A stretch of DNA of 39,969 bases from an uncultured Clostridia bacterium (lineage in GTDB: Bacteria > Bacillota > Clostridia > TANB77 > CAG-508): assembly GCA_948958005.1 (NCBI GenBank), contig CARDEQ010000001.1, positions 4,142-44,110 on the forward strand. The letters are read 5' to 3'. The translations under genes and the position numbers were made by a program. The stretch's first letter is position 1, and each line of letters opens with the position of its first letter. The notes beneath the pieces are model-generated. The model did not search any database. It saw nothing but the letters and a program-made list of their open reading frames with translations, and was not told the DNA's origin. Shown here in pieces: positions 18,658-28,786 of this stretch.

Positions 18658-19060
18658 CTAGCCTCCTTATTTCATCATACAGTATTTCTTTTTGTGCTTC
18701 TTTGATTTCATTTTGTGTACTTTTACTCCAAAATGCATTGTATAGTTTTTGATCCTTTTTCATTCTTGGCGTTCCATACATTAAAAATATTGAGGCAAGT
18801 CCACCTTCATTTATACTAAATCCTGTTTTTACACTTGCAACATTGCCAATCCATTCAATTTCCGCTTCCCTTTGCAAACTTTTTTCTGTTTGATGTGTTG
18901 CATTATGCGGCATAATTGCTTCATCTGCTTTTTTCGTAATTATTGAATGTGTCTTTTTTAATGCTTTTTCAGAAATATTTTTTACATTTGCACCTAATTT
19001 ATTAAGTCTTGAAATCGCTTCATCAAATCCTTCAAATTCTAAGTAGCATTTATTTGACAT
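18650..19060 (-). CDS. HK97 gp10-family tail component
   Basis: GTPRMKKDQKLYNAFW-type C-terminal motif, plus position. Confidence 0.55.
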   Translation of the reverse strand: MSNKCYLEFEGFDEAISRLNKLGANVKNISEKALKKTHSIITKKADEAIMPHNATHQTEKSLQREAEIEWIGNVASVKTGFSINEGGLASIFLMYGTPRMKKDQKLYNAFWSKSTQNEIKEAQKEILYDEIRRLDG

Positions 19061-19450
19061 CTAAGTGCCTCCTTTAACTCTTCTTACTTTAAATTTTAGA
19101 AACTGGTGTCTTTGATTAATATCTTCTGGTTCATTTATAATATCAAATATTGCATTATCACTTGCTCTAGCGATTTTACAATTACTTGCAATATCTGGTC
19201 TATACCATGTTTCAATGTTTGCAGTATCTTCTATTGAATATATACCATTTACTGTCTTTTCTGTTCCTCCATAAGTTTTGAAACTTCCAAAAAATAAATT
19301 TATAGAATTGTTATTCTCATCTTTCATAGCTAATGCTTCTTCGATTGTTGGATATACATACCTATTAACGCCTTTTGCTTTTGAAATAGATTTAGGAATT
19401 AATAATACAAGTGGAATAGGATTTTTAATTTCTACTCTATAATCACTCAT
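19061..19450 (-). CDS. head closure/head-tail adaptor protein
   Basis: Assigned by position and size (129 aa). Confidence 0.5.
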   Translation of the reverse strand: MSDYRVEIKNPIPLVLLIPKSISKAKGVNRYVYPTIEEALAMKDENNNSINLFFGSFKTYGGTEKTVNGIYSIEDTANIETWYRPDIASNCKIARASDNAIFDIINEPEDINQRHQFLKFKVRRVKGGT

Positions 19451-19746
19451 TGTTTTTCCTCCTCCACTTTGGCATCATTATTTTTTTCTAAATCCGCTAC
19501 TGTTTTTCCACTCAGTTGGATTGCCCTTTGCATGAAATACGGAGAGAACGATGTCCCTCCGCTTCCATAATTCCATAAATCAGATACTCCTCTTGCTATT
19601 ATTCCAGCTGATGTCGGATGATCTACTACTTCTTTCAATACTCCGCCATCTATAAGGTATTGCTTAACTTCGTTAATGTATTCCTGTATAGTATTATCTT
19701 GATATGAACCTGTTATTCCAAGACTCTTTTTTACCTTTTCTAGCAT
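19447..19746 (-). CDS. gp6-like head-tail connector protein
   Basis: N-terminus LEKVKKSLGITGSYQDNTIQEYINEVKQYL is typical of the gp6-like family. Confidence 0.6.
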   Translation of the reverse strand: MLEKVKKSLGITGSYQDNTIQEYINEVKQYLIDGGVLKEVVDHPTSAGIIARGVSDLWNYGSGGTSFSPYFMQRAIQLSGKTVADLEKNNDAKVEEEKQ

Positions 19747-19759
19747 ATTATTTGCTCCT

Positions 19760-20104
19760 TTATTTTAGTTTTTCAACTAATCTTCTTGGATCAGCTAATA
19801 ATTCTTTAGCTCTTTCTTCCTCTACTGATATTACATCATCGACCTTATATTCTTGGTCTGTGTATTTGTCAGTAAAAGCAATTAAGATTTTTAATTTTAC
19901 AATATTAGCATTTTCTTTGGCTTTCTTTTCTGCTTCGGCTTTTGCTTTTGCCTCTTCCTCTGCTTTTAGTTTTGCTTCTGCTTCGGCTTTTGCCTTTGCT
20001 TCTTCCTCTGCTTTTAGTTTTGCTTCTGCTTCGGCTTTTGCCTTTGCTTCTTCCTCTGCTTTTAGTTTTGCTTCATCATTTACATTTTCTTGTTTTGCTG
20101 CCAT
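19760..20104 (-). CDS. head-associated protein with [14 protein letters not shown] coiled-coil repeats
   Basis: RBS AAAGGAGG then ATG 20104. Three 16-aa repeats. Lies downstream of the capsid gene. Confidence 0.55.
   Translation of the reverse strand: MAAKQENVNDEAKLKAEEEAKAKAEAEAKLKAEEEAKAKAEAEAKLKAEEEAKAKAEAEKKAKENANIVKLKILIAFTDKYTDQEYKVDDVISVEEERAKELLADPRRLVEKLK
19928..20071. repeat. 48-bp tandem repeat x3 inside 19760-20104
   Basis: Units start at 19928, 19976 and 20024. Copies 2 and 3 are identical and copy 1 differs at about 2 positions. Confidence 0.85.
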
Positions 20105-20159
20105 TTTATATGACCTCCTTTTCAAAATAATTAATCAAGGGGATTTTCATCCCCTCTTC

Positions 20160-21527
20160 TTAAGCCCTAACGGCTTTCTTTAATATGTAGATATATTTTG
20201 GATCTAATATTTTACCATCATTTACTACTAATGCTTTCTTAATGTATTGATTTAGGTCATGGTCAAAGTAATCCATAACAACAAATTCTAAGTTAGAATT
20301 AATTGCATATCCTTCTTCTGGAACCCAATACATTCCGAACACTTCTCCATCTGCTGCATCATTGAAGTTTTTAACAATGTCCTCTTCAACTAGTGCTACA
20401 TCCTTTCCTTTGAATTTGCAAATTTCAGCTCCATCAACTGGGTTAAATGTTTCATTATATAATGGTCTATTGTTGTTATCTTTTAATGTTTTAATGTTAG
20501 ATTCATAAGTATTTGCTGTCATTACAAATTCAGGATTTAATCCTCTCATTGTTAATGGAATAATAGCAAATAATTTTTCTTGCCACTTTGTCCAATCAGC
20601 AGCTTCCTCAGCTGTGAAAGATATAATGTTACTTGCAGGAATTCTTGATTCTGCTTTTGCTGCTTCTGTTAATATTCCTTCACATTGCCCATCTTCTGAT
20701 TTACCTACCATAATTTCTTTATCCATAGCTCTGATATATGCTTTTGCTATAACTTTTGCAAACTCTTCTTCAAATACTTCAACACTTAAGATTGTCTGTA
20801 ATAGTGTTCTTGCTAGTTTGATTTCTCCAATATTATAAGAGAATTCAACATATCCTTTAATGTTTCCTGCTTTTTGTCTATCTGATGTTTTTGTTTCAGT
20901 AATTCTACAGAAACTTGCATCAAATGAACCGATCGGATATTTTACACCACCTTGTAAATTGGTTTTTCTTACTCTTGAATAAAGTTGTCCATATTTCTTT
21001 TCAACTTCTGTTATAACCTTTTGAATTACAGTTGTTGGAAGTAATACTCCTAAATCTCCTGATGTACCAACTACATCTGCTCTTTGTTCAAATTGAAGAA
21101 CATCTCTATTGATTTCTCCTCTTTGAATATAATTTTGGAATGCTGTTCTATATTCCATAGTTGCTCTTGGATCCTCTGCACTTCTAGCTTGACCATTATT
21201 CATTTGTGTTGTTCCAAGTACATTTAATACTGCATTTGGATTAAATCCGTTTGCACTTCTTCCTTCACTTGCTCCATTATTAGCTCCTGCACTTCTGTTG
21301 TTATCTCCTTCTCCTTCTCCTTCGCCTTCTCCATTTCCATCATTGTTGTCATTCTTCTCTAGTTCTTTTAGTTGTTCCTCTGCTTCATTAATTTCATCAC
21401 GCAACGCAACTAATGTTTCTCCTAAACTTCTAACCTCATTGATGTCCTCTGATTTTTGCATTCTTTCTTCTTTTTCTTTTAACTCTTTCTTTTTTCTTTC
21501 AATTAGTTTTTTTAAATAATCTTTCAT
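20160..21527 (-). CDS. major capsid protein, HK97 family (with N-terminal scaffold-like delta domain)
   Basis: 455 aa. Coiled-coil N-terminus with a GEGEGEGEG linker, and an HK97-like C-terminal body. Confidence 0.8.
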   Translation of the reverse strand: MKDYLKKLIERKKKELKEKEERMQKSEDINEVRSLGETLVALRDEINEAEEQLKELEKNDNNDGNGEGEGEGEGDNNRSAGANNGASEGRSANGFNPNAVLNVLGTTQMNNGQARSAEDPRATMEYRTAFQNYIQRGEINRDVLQFEQRADVVGTSGDLGVLLPTTVIQKVITEVEKKYGQLYSRVRKTNLQGGVKYPIGSFDASFCRITETKTSDRQKAGNIKGYVEFSYNIGEIKLARTLLQTILSVEVFEEEFAKVIAKAYIRAMDKEIMVGKSEDGQCEGILTEAAKAESRIPASNIISFTAEEAADWTKWQEKLFAIIPLTMRGLNPEFVMTANTYESNIKTLKDNNNRPLYNETFNPVDGAEICKFKGKDVALVEEDIVKNFNDAADGEVFGMYWVPEEGYAINSNLEFVVMDYFDHDLNQYIKKALVVNDGKILDPKYIYILKKAVRA

Positions 21528-21529
21528 TT

Positions 21530-22165
21530 TTAGATTCCTCCTAATAAATATTTTATTTTGAGCTTTTCACGCTCTAATTCTGAAGTAGTATCCACCGCTT
21601 CACTTCTAGCAGTATCCACCGCTAGGCGTGCAGTATCCACCGCACTTTTATCTCTAGCAGCTATTGAAGTATCTTGGTATGCAGGAAATGTTACAGCACT
21701 TACTTCAACAACTGTTGAAATCGCTTTAATATGTCTTGTTGGATAATCGCTATCAAGGTTTTCCCATTCTTCATCTTCTATACCAAAGAAGAATGACATA
21801 CCTGTTATATCCCCTCTCTCAATTGCACTATATAAATTTCTAGCTTCCGTATTATTTTCTGTGTCTAATTCTACTTGAATTTCTAATCCATCATTATCTA
21901 CTGTTAATTGCATTGTAGAATTTTTTGTATTTTTTCTTGATCTTGCAAGTGGTATCTTAGATTGATCGTGATTAACTAAAAATCTAACATCTTCTAGGTT
22001 AGCATTTTTTAATGCTCCTCTTTCGATTACTTCTTCAAAATAACCTCCTATATCTGTCTTGCTATCATATACAATTGGTCTGCCTACAATGATATTCCCT
22101 CTTTTTTCATCCTTTTCTGCTCTAATTTCAAAGTCATAGTTTCTACTAATAAACTTATCCTTCAT
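21530..22165 (-). CDS. prohead protease, HK97 family
   Basis: FEIRAE..GRPIVYDS..FEEVIERGAL..VRFLVNHD motif series. Start set at MKDKF behind a GGAGGGAAAG RBS. C-terminal AVDTAR x3. Confidence 0.8.
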   Translation of the reverse strand: MKDKFISRNYDFEIRAEKDEKRGNIIVGRPIVYDSKTDIGGYFEEVIERGALKNANLEDVRFLVNHDQSKIPLARSRKNTKNSTMQLTVDNDGLEIQVELDTENNTEARNLYSAIERGDITGMSFFFGIEDEEWENLDSDYPTRHIKAISTVVEVSAVTFPAYQDTSIAARDKSAVDTARLAVDTARSEAVDTTSELEREKLKIKYLLGGI

Positions 22166-23387
22166 TTTCTTTCCCTCCATTATTTTGATTTTTTTCATTC
22201 TGCATCTTATTATTTTCTGCATTTGACTTATTACTTGACATTGCAATTTGTCCTGCTAATTCTGGAAGTGGTCGCATTCCAAAGGCTGTCCTTAATTCAT
22301 TTTTATAACAACTTGCACTATCAACTAGCACATCAAACAATTCTATTTTTTGACTTGTATCCATGAATATCAATTCATGTGGATACATCATAATTTTATT
22401 TTTGAAGCCCTTTTCCCTATCTGTAAACATTTTCATTGTAAAAGACTCCCCTGTTCTTTTCAAAATAGGTTCTAAGCTTTTTTGATAAAATGCTTCATAT
22501 TGTGGTTTGGTATAATCTCCTGTCAAAATTGGAAGTGAAACACCAAGGTTTCGTAAAATTTTCTCATCAATAAATTTCAATGTTGTAGCATCTACTAATT
22601 GAATTTTATTTTGTAACTGTATGTACTCTCCTTTTATATCTAAAGGCAAAAATCCACTTTCATTATTTGCTATTCTTTTTTCAATTTCCTTTATGTTATT
22701 TTCCATTTTTCCATCATCCATTAAGGTGTTATATTTAATAACACCATTAATAGCAAAAGAACTCTTTAATGCTTTTGCAACACCTTGGAGTAAAGTGTTA
22801 TTCAATTCTAATGTTTTCAAAAGTGCCTTGTTGTCAGGTTGTCCTAGTTCATTACCTCCCATTAGTTCATTAATTGAATATCTGTATCTTATATGTATCA
22901 CATCTGCATATGCTAACATTGTTTTATATCCATTTCTAAAAGTAAACTCTACACCTAATTTTCCTTCTGGATCCTGTAAAAATGTAACAATTGTTGGCTG
23001 AATTGGATATAGTCCTGTATAGTGCTTGTTTCCTTTGATATCCTTATAATATGTTGGAATAATAAAGGAATTGTAATTCAAAAATAATTGCCAATATACC
23101 TTTTCAAAGAAGTCTGTTTGTGTCATTCTTTCATTTGGCTGTTCTAGTAATCTTTGGATTTCGCTATTTTCTACTGGTACTAAATCACTTCCTACTTGCT
23201 TTATATGAAATGGGTTAGCCTTGGTTAATTCTGTTACTAGACATGCTATAGCCTGTTGCACTACATCACTAGCGTATATATCTTGACCAAATTGCGAAAA
23301 AATGGGAGTATACCCATTTAACATTTTTGCATAACTATTATTTGGTTTTGTTTTCTTAAATTTATTAATAAAATCAATTAATCCCAT
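22155..23387 (-). CDS. portal protein, HK97 family
   Basis: 410 aa between terL and the protease. Confidence 0.8.
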   Translation of the reverse strand: MGLIDFINKFKKTKPNNSYAKMLNGYTPIFSQFGQDIYASDVVQQAIACLVTELTKANPFHIKQVGSDLVPVENSEIQRLLEQPNERMTQTDFFEKVYWQLFLNYNSFIIPTYYKDIKGNKHYTGLYPIQPTIVTFLQDPEGKLGVEFTFRNGYKTMLAYADVIHIRYRYSINELMGGNELGQPDNKALLKTLELNNTLLQGVAKALKSSFAINGVIKYNTLMDDGKMENNIKEIEKRIANNESGFLPLDIKGEYIQLQNKIQLVDATTLKFIDEKILRNLGVSLPILTGDYTKPQYEAFYQKSLEPILKRTGESFTMKMFTDREKGFKNKIMMYPHELIFMDTSQKIELFDVLVDSASCYKNELRTAFGMRPLPELAGQIAMSSNKSNAENNKMQNEKNQNNGGKENEG

Positions 23388-23398
23388 TTTTCTACTCC

Positions 23399-25067
23399 TT
23401 ACTTGTTTATCAATTTGTGGAATTCACTACGATAACGCCTATATACTTCATACAGTATTATTAGTGTTACAGCACCATCTATTCTTTTGCTTGCTTGTTT
23501 CTTGACTTTAACGCACATAATATTTCCTAGGTTATCCATTTCTATTGCTGCATTTCCTAAACACCATCTATCCATTTCATTTTCATTGTAGTTGATTACC
23601 TTATCCTTCAATTCTGCTTCTACTAGTTTCATTGCATTTGATAAAACTTTCCCTTGTAGTATCATTTCTGTTTCAAGGTTGTATTCTCCCATTCTATCAG
23701 TAAATGCCTTTGAAAACCTCTGATCATATCCTGTCATATAAGTTTTTATATTATAGTTTTTATATAGTGAATAAAACCAATCAGCTACTTTGGATATATC
23801 TATTTCATTTCCTTCGTGAATAGTAAGTATTCCTTTTTTTGCCCATTCTGCATATTTTGCTCCTGCTTCTTTATCGTTACTGTCTTGTAATTTGCTTTCT
23901 GGTATCCAATAATGTGTATGGACATATTTTGTTTTGCCATCTGGCTTCATTAGTAATATTTTTGCATTTGATAAGTCAGTAGTTGCTGACAAGTCAACTG
24001 CACCCAAACAAAAAGAACCTCTAAATTCTTCTAATTTGAAAGGTTCTGTTTCATAGCAATAATCTTCATTCATTAACCATGCTTGAGCATTGTTCTGTTT
24101 TATATTAAAATCTTTACAAAGTGTATGCATTCTTTTAGACTTAGAAGTCTTTGATTTTTCAATTTCTCCTCGTAAGAATTTCCATTTTTTTACCACTCCT
24201 AATCCGAGGATTTGATTTGTACCAACTTTGCTCATCTTGCCATATTTCTTCTTCGTTATCTTGCGTATAAAGCCATGGCAAGTAGTGAATATCCTCTTTT
24301 TCATCAAATAAAACTTCTCTTGCATATTTCAATTCATTGTCTAAATATCCATCATTTATAAATCCTTCCGTTGTTAGATTTATGAACATTGCTTCTTCTT
24401 TTGTCGACATAGATTTTTGTCCTGCTTCTGCTATTTCATCATCTGGTGCATCGTGGCTTTCATCCATATACATTTTGTCTATATTTCTTCCATCTTTATT
24501 TTGCGTTTTACTCGACATTTTGAATATTGTTATATTCTTTTTTGTATTACAGATTAGTGACATATTTTTATGTGTAATTTTAGAATGTGGATCTATTCTT
24601 TTCCTCATATTGTCTACTTCATTCCACAATAAACTTGCTTGCTTATCATCATTTGATGCACAAACTATATCCATTCCACCTTCGCCGATTCTTAAATCTG
24701 TGTGAGCATCTGCGGCCATTAGTGTTGTCTTACCATTTTTTCTTGCTATCAATAAAAGTATATTTTGAAAACGCCTTACCCATCTTTGTAATTCTTCATC
24801 GTATACTTTAAATGAATATATCGTTTCAATAAATGCCTTTTCCCATAGCAGTAATTCCATTGGCATATTATAAAATGGCTTTTTGCTTTGTAAGCATAGG
24901 TTTTCCATAAAATCTATTCGTAAGTGGCTATCTTCTAAATCATATCTATATTTTGGATTATCTAAATCTTTTACTAGTTTCTGTAATTCTGTTTTTAGCT
25001 CTAACCCAGCAATCATATTTCCATTTTGGATTTCATTATAATATTGTTTAAGGTAATTGACTTCCAC
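23399..25067 (-). CDS. terL: terminase large subunit; one in-frame CGG +1 site (24206)
   Basis: Walker A-like RKNGKT, MDESHD. ORFs 24159-25106 and 23399-24325 join as ..WYKSNP-G-LGVVKKW. Start is probably GTG 25067 (RBS GGAGGGAAG), with ATG 25106 as the alternative. Confidence 0.85.
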
Positions 25068-25368
25068 TTTTTCTTCCCTCCAAAAACTTTTGAACAGGAT
25101 CTTCATCTATTTCATGTCCACCAATCATTGAATATACCATTCTAATTGCATTCATATAGCTTTGTGAATGTTCTTTATAGAGTTTTGCTGCTTTAGTCAC
25201 TTTTTGTTTTGTAGGATCCTTAGGGTGTACTCTAATAAATGGCATTTTCTTCAACTCTTCCATTCGTAATTCTAAAAAGGATATATCATCTAAAAGTGGC
25301 TTGATTAATTTCTTCTTATTTTCATCTATATCTTTGAAAATTTCATCTAATTCTTCTCTTCTTGTCAC
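25048..25368 (-). CDS. terminase small subunit, P27 family
   Basis: 106 aa directly upstream of terL, with a family-typical helical pattern. Confidence 0.65.
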   Translation of the reverse strand: MTRREELDEIFKDIDENKKKLIKPLLDDISFLELRMEELKKMPFIRVHPKDPTKQKVTKAAKLYKEHSQSYMNAIRMVYSMIGGHEIDEDPVQKFLEGRKSGSQLP

Positions 25369-25494
25369 AAAAACGCCCTTCTTTCTTTATCTTTTTTCTT
25401 GAAATCCAAAAAAAATCAATTTTTTGCCTCGTGTGGAAAAGAGGTACCCCTTACAGTCCCCAAACACTACTTAACTATGTAAGCATAGGGGGGA

Positions 25495-26163
25495 CTATGT
25501 CTGATAAACTTCGAACCATTCTTCTATATATTTTTTCCAATTTTCGTCTTTAGCCCTTTTTAAAGCTATATCCTTGTCACAATTAATAAATATTAGCTCT
25601 GCTCCTAGCTTATCTGCTAGCCTTTGCCTTTCCATCTTAAGCGGATATGTACCTACTACAAAAGCATTTTGCCAACTTCCTAGTCGCATCTTAATTTGCT
25701 CTATCAAGTTGTTTCTAATGTCGAATACATTTTGTTGTAACTTTTTGGGTTTATTATATTTATCGCAAAAACTAATACATTCCCATATCTTATCTATATC
25801 TACTATTAAATCATCTGATGTAGCACTATTGTTAACCCATGTTGATTTTCCACTACAAGGCGAACCATAGACGATATATGCTTTCCTTGGTAATTCATAC
25901 CCAAATCTATGATGAACTTTATTATGACATTTGAAGTGTATTAGCATTATGTTGTCAGGGTTAAGGCTTATGTTATAATTATTAACATTAGCATTTGTTA
26001 GTGGTATTTTATGATGTCCAATACAATCATAGGCTTTTACAATCTCTTCTCCGCAATGCTCACAAATAAGCTTTCCCTCTTCATTTACTCTGGATAGTTT
26101 CAAATCTTCTAGTAAATTTTCCCATTCTTTAGATTTATATAAATCATGAGCACTTGAAAACAT
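25495..26163 (-). CDS. HNH endonuclease fused to a P-loop NTPase/kinase-like domain
   Basis: CEHCG..HHKIP..N..LIHFKCHNKVH (HNH), then GSPCSGKST (Walker A). Start at ATG 26163 behind an AAGGAGG RBS. Confidence 0.75.
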   Translation of the reverse strand: MFSSAHDLYKSKEWENLLEDLKLSRVNEEGKLICEHCGEEIVKAYDCIGHHKIPLTNANVNNYNISLNPDNIMLIHFKCHNKVHHRFGYELPRKAYIVYGSPCSGKSTWVNNSATSDDLIVDIDKIWECISFCDKYNKPKKLQQNVFDIRNNLIEQIKMRLGSWQNAFVVGTYPLKMERQRLADKLGAELIFINCDKDIALKRAKDENWKKYIEEWFEVYQT

Positions 26164-26177
26164 ACTATATATCCTCC

Positions 26178-26804
26178 TTACCACAGATCAGCTTCGGCTT
26201 GCTTTTCTTTTAGTTCTAACTCACGCTTACTAAATCCTAGCTTTATCATATTCTCTCTGCTTTTGCGTTTCGCTTCTGTTACTCTCGTAAGTCCATCTTC
26301 TATTCTCTGTACTTTATCAATTGTTGCTTCCTCTTCTTTTACTATTTCTATTGTACGATCACTATTCTTTTTACGAATATGTCTTACTGTCATATCTTTA
26401 TCCGAACCTTCTAATTTTTTGATTCTTCGCATCATTCTTTTCTCTCGTATTATTAGCATTTTATATTCGGATATATACTCATCTATTAGTAAATTATCCA
26501 TATCACTTATCTTATAGTTTTTAAATAATGCTTTCTCTTCATCTGTCAAAACATCAGCATAAATATTCTCATACTCTCCTGTAGTAACGGCATTTTTATT
26601 ATTAGTAGCTGCTCCTGTTCCGCCTTTATTGTTTTTTGCATTTTGATTTCCTTTCATTAATTCGCTTTTGTTTCTTGTTAGTTTGTTTTTGTTTATAATC
26701 TTTCTTAAATCAGACAAAGTAATGTTGTATTTCTTGAAAATGTCTTTATATGTCATTCCATTCAAATAATCTGTTTTTATATTTTCTGTTTTCTTTGTGG
26801 TCAA
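26178..26804 (-). CDS. terminase small-subunit-like HTH protein (GNxNAKNNKGG repeats)
   Basis: N-terminal HTH (MTYKDIFKKYNITLSDLRKII), then GNQNAKNNKGGTGAATNNKNAVTTGEY, typical of Firmicute phage TerS. Uses a TTG start. Confidence 0.6.
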   Translation of the reverse strand: MTTKKTENIKTDYLNGMTYKDIFKKYNITLSDLRKIINKNKLTRNKSELMKGNQNAKNNKGGTGAATNNKNAVTTGEYENIYADVLTDEEKALFKNYKISDMDNLLIDEYISEYKMLIIREKRMMRRIKKLEGSDKDMTVRHIRKKNSDRTIEIVKEEEATIDKVQRIEDGLTRVTEAKRKSRENMIKLGFSKRELELKEKQAEADLW

Positions 26805-26903
26805 TTCAAGTCACCCACCTCCATTACTTTTTTTCTAATTCCGCCTTTTTACCTGTTAAGGTTTCCCAGCGTTGGATTATTACATCACAATATTTTTGAC
26901 CTA

Positions 26904-26931
26904 ATTATATCATATAGCAAATTTTACTCAA
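26904..26931 (-). promoter_or_regulatory. candidate late/packaging operon promoter TTGAGT-16-TATAAT
   Basis: Read on the minus strand: -35 at 26931-26926 and -10 at 26909-26904. Lies just downstream of the terminator at 26967-26998. Confidence 0.45.
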
Positions 26932-26966
26932 TTGCTCACAAATTATTAATGTAGATCCGCAACATA

Positions 26967-26998
26967 AAAAGCTACCCGAGAAAGGAAAGGTAGCTTTT
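26967..26998. terminator. rho-independent terminator (bidirectional), stem AAAAGCTACC / GGTAGCTTTT
   Basis: 10-bp stem flanked by T runs on both strands. Lies between the ArpU-like regulator and the packaging genes. Confidence 0.75.
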
Positions 26999-27105
26999 CA
27001 TTTTTAATTAAATATATACACCTGAGCATTTAATCGCAATTATAATTATAGCAGATTAGTTTTTGAAAAAATACAGAAAAAATATACAAATTTTATATAA
27101 TTTTT

Positions 27106-27555
27106 CTATAATTTTTTATTTTTATTATATTCACGTTGCATTTTCGCTATTGAATTTTTTATCGTTATTGTTATAGCACCATAAGTCTTATTCTTTTTTA
27201 CTGCTATTTCTTCTATGGATTCCATATCATAAAATCGTAATTTTATAACATCTTGATTATATTTCTTTAGTGTCTTTACTAAATCCTCTATTATTTTCAA
27301 TTTAATTTTTAGCTTTTTTACAAACTTTTCTCTTTTTTGTATCTTATCTTGCTTTTCTATTACTTGAATTTCTAAATTAGATTGAATATAACCTGTAGGC
27401 TTAGGTAATCCATCTAAATTTGTCCCTCGTATGTCTATTATTTCATCATTTAATTCTTCTATTTCCGCTTCCATTGCACTTATTTTAAATTTATATGTAT
27501 TATAGTTTTCTAAAACCTCTTGAAAATTAATATCTTGATTATTCATCTTTTGCAC
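27106..27555 (-). CDS. ArpU/sigma-70-region-4-like late transcription regulator
   Basis: 149 aa. C-terminal VIKLRFYDMESIEEIAVKKNKTYGAITITIKNSIAKM resembles a sigma region 4 HTH. Last gene before the packaging module. Confidence 0.55.
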   Translation of the reverse strand: MQKMNNQDINFQEVLENYNTYKFKISAMEAEIEELNDEIIDIRGTNLDGLPKPTGYIQSNLEIQVIEKQDKIQKREKFVKKLKIKLKIIEDLVKTLKKYNQDVIKLRFYDMESIEEIAVKKNKTYGAITITIKNSIAKMQREYNKNKKL

Positions 27556-27558
27556 CTC

Positions 27559-27723
27559 CTAAATTTTATAAATAAAGAAAGTTAATAATATAATTGCAGC
27601 TATTTCTATCAAATTAGCAATACTATTTTTATTACTTTCCTTTGAATTAAGTTCTTTTGTTATTTTAGATAATGCTAATATTGCTAAAAGGAATATAAAT
27701 ATTATTTTTAATATTTCAAACAT
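27559..27723 (-). CDS. small membrane protein (54 aa)
   Basis: ATG 27723, two hydrophobic segments. Confidence 0.4.
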   Translation of the reverse strand: MFEILKIIFIFLLAILALSKITKELNSKESNKNSIANLIEIAAIILLTFFIYKI

Positions 27724-27836
27724 AATGCCTACCTGCCTTTCACGTTTTATTTTTTCTATTGAGTTTGTTTTTGATTTTTTATTTTCAATGTATTTTTTCT
27801 TGCTTTTGTCCTACAGATAAGTATTGTTATTGTTTT

Positions 27837-28286
27837 TTATTTATTATCGTTTTCCTTTTTATAATAAATTGCTATATTGTAATATCTATAAAATGTATAT
27901 GGTTCCTTATTATTTCTAATAATTTTGTTTATTTCATTTCGTTGTATTCTCTGACTTTGTAATAACTTACTAAACTTTCTCTTTGTCATTTTTTTATTAT
28001 TTAAGTTATTAGCTAAACTTTTAGATATTTCTACCAATCCAATTGCATATACTCGTGCCATTGCTGCTAATGTACCAAAAGCATTTGATAAACTATCTAT
28101 AACAGGTTCTAATGTTCCTTTTACATCATTTATAACTTCTCTTATTTTCTCTTCTACTTTTAAATATTCATTTTCATTAATATTTATTGTTTTTCTATCA
28201 GCATCACATATCAGCTCAGTAATATACCCTGTATTTCTTATTCTTTCTACTTGGTCTATTGTAATTTTTTCATATTCGCATTTCAT
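27837..28286 (-). CDS. hypothetical protein
   Basis: 149-aa ORF co-oriented in the early operon. Confidence 0.5.
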   Translation of the reverse strand: MKCEYEKITIDQVERIRNTGYITELICDADRKTININENEYLKVEEKIREVINDVKGTLEPVIDSLSNAFGTLAAMARVYAIGLVEISKSLANNLNNKKMTKRKFSKLLQSQRIQRNEINKIIRNNKEPYTFYRYYNIAIYYKKENDNK

Positions 28287-28288
28287 TA

Positions 28289-28504
28289 CTACACCTCTTT
28301 CTTATATTTACATTTCTTTTTATTACAACCTTTTTCTGTAATGTCTTTTGGTTCTAAATAACATTTATGTAACTTGCAATATGCTTTTGCTTTATGTACC
28401 TTTTTTAATCTACCATATAAAAATATTTCTGTATTTTTACATATATTTGTTCCTTTTCTTATTGTTTCTCTATCTATGAATGTTCCCCCGCTTTTAGATT
28501 TCAT
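28289..28504 (-). CDS. hypothetical Cys-rich basic protein
   Basis: 71-aa ORF that overlaps its neighbour, suggesting translational coupling. Confidence 0.45.
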   Translation of the reverse strand: MKSKSGGTFIDRETIRKGTNICKNTEIFLYGRLKKVHKAKAYCKLHKCYLEPKDITEKGCNKKKCKYKKEV

Positions 28505-28745
28505 ATCCCCATCCTCTCTTTGTAGTTATTTTTATTCCTTTTTTTCTTAATTTACATATTAAATTTGATATAGAAATTCTAACGCTACTATCATATTTAA
28601 TATCATATACATTTTTACTTATAATTTCATAAGTTACCACTTTACCTTTGTTATCTATTAAAACTTTTAGCATTTTATTTTCTAATATTGTTAACTCTAT
28701 CTTTTTATTATTCAATATATAAATAAAATGTTCGTAATCATGCAT
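28494..28745 (-). CDS. winged-helix DNA-binding protein (OmpR/PhoB C-terminal-domain-like)
   Basis: LTILENKMLKVL..VTYEIISKNVY......RISISNLICKLRKK....ITTKRGWGY. Confidence 0.6.
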   Translation of the reverse strand: MHDYEHFIYILNNKKIELTILENKMLKVLIDNKGKVVTYEIISKNVYDIKYDSSVRISISNLICKLRKKGIKITTKRGWGYEI

Positions 28746-28786
28746 CTTTTCCTTCCCTCTTTTTATATGCTAATTTTTTAAGCACC

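Noticed and set aside
25067-25106. ATG 25106 as the terL start.
   Set aside because: It would overlap terS by 59 nt and lacks an RBS. GTG 25067 follows GGAGGGAAG at good spacing. It is kept only as the alternative.
26841-26843. CGG trinucleotides in apparently non-coding DNA (minus strand at 26841-26843; plus strand at 4620-4622), as further recoding sites.
   Set aside because: No upstream start or recognisable ORF places them in a coding frame.
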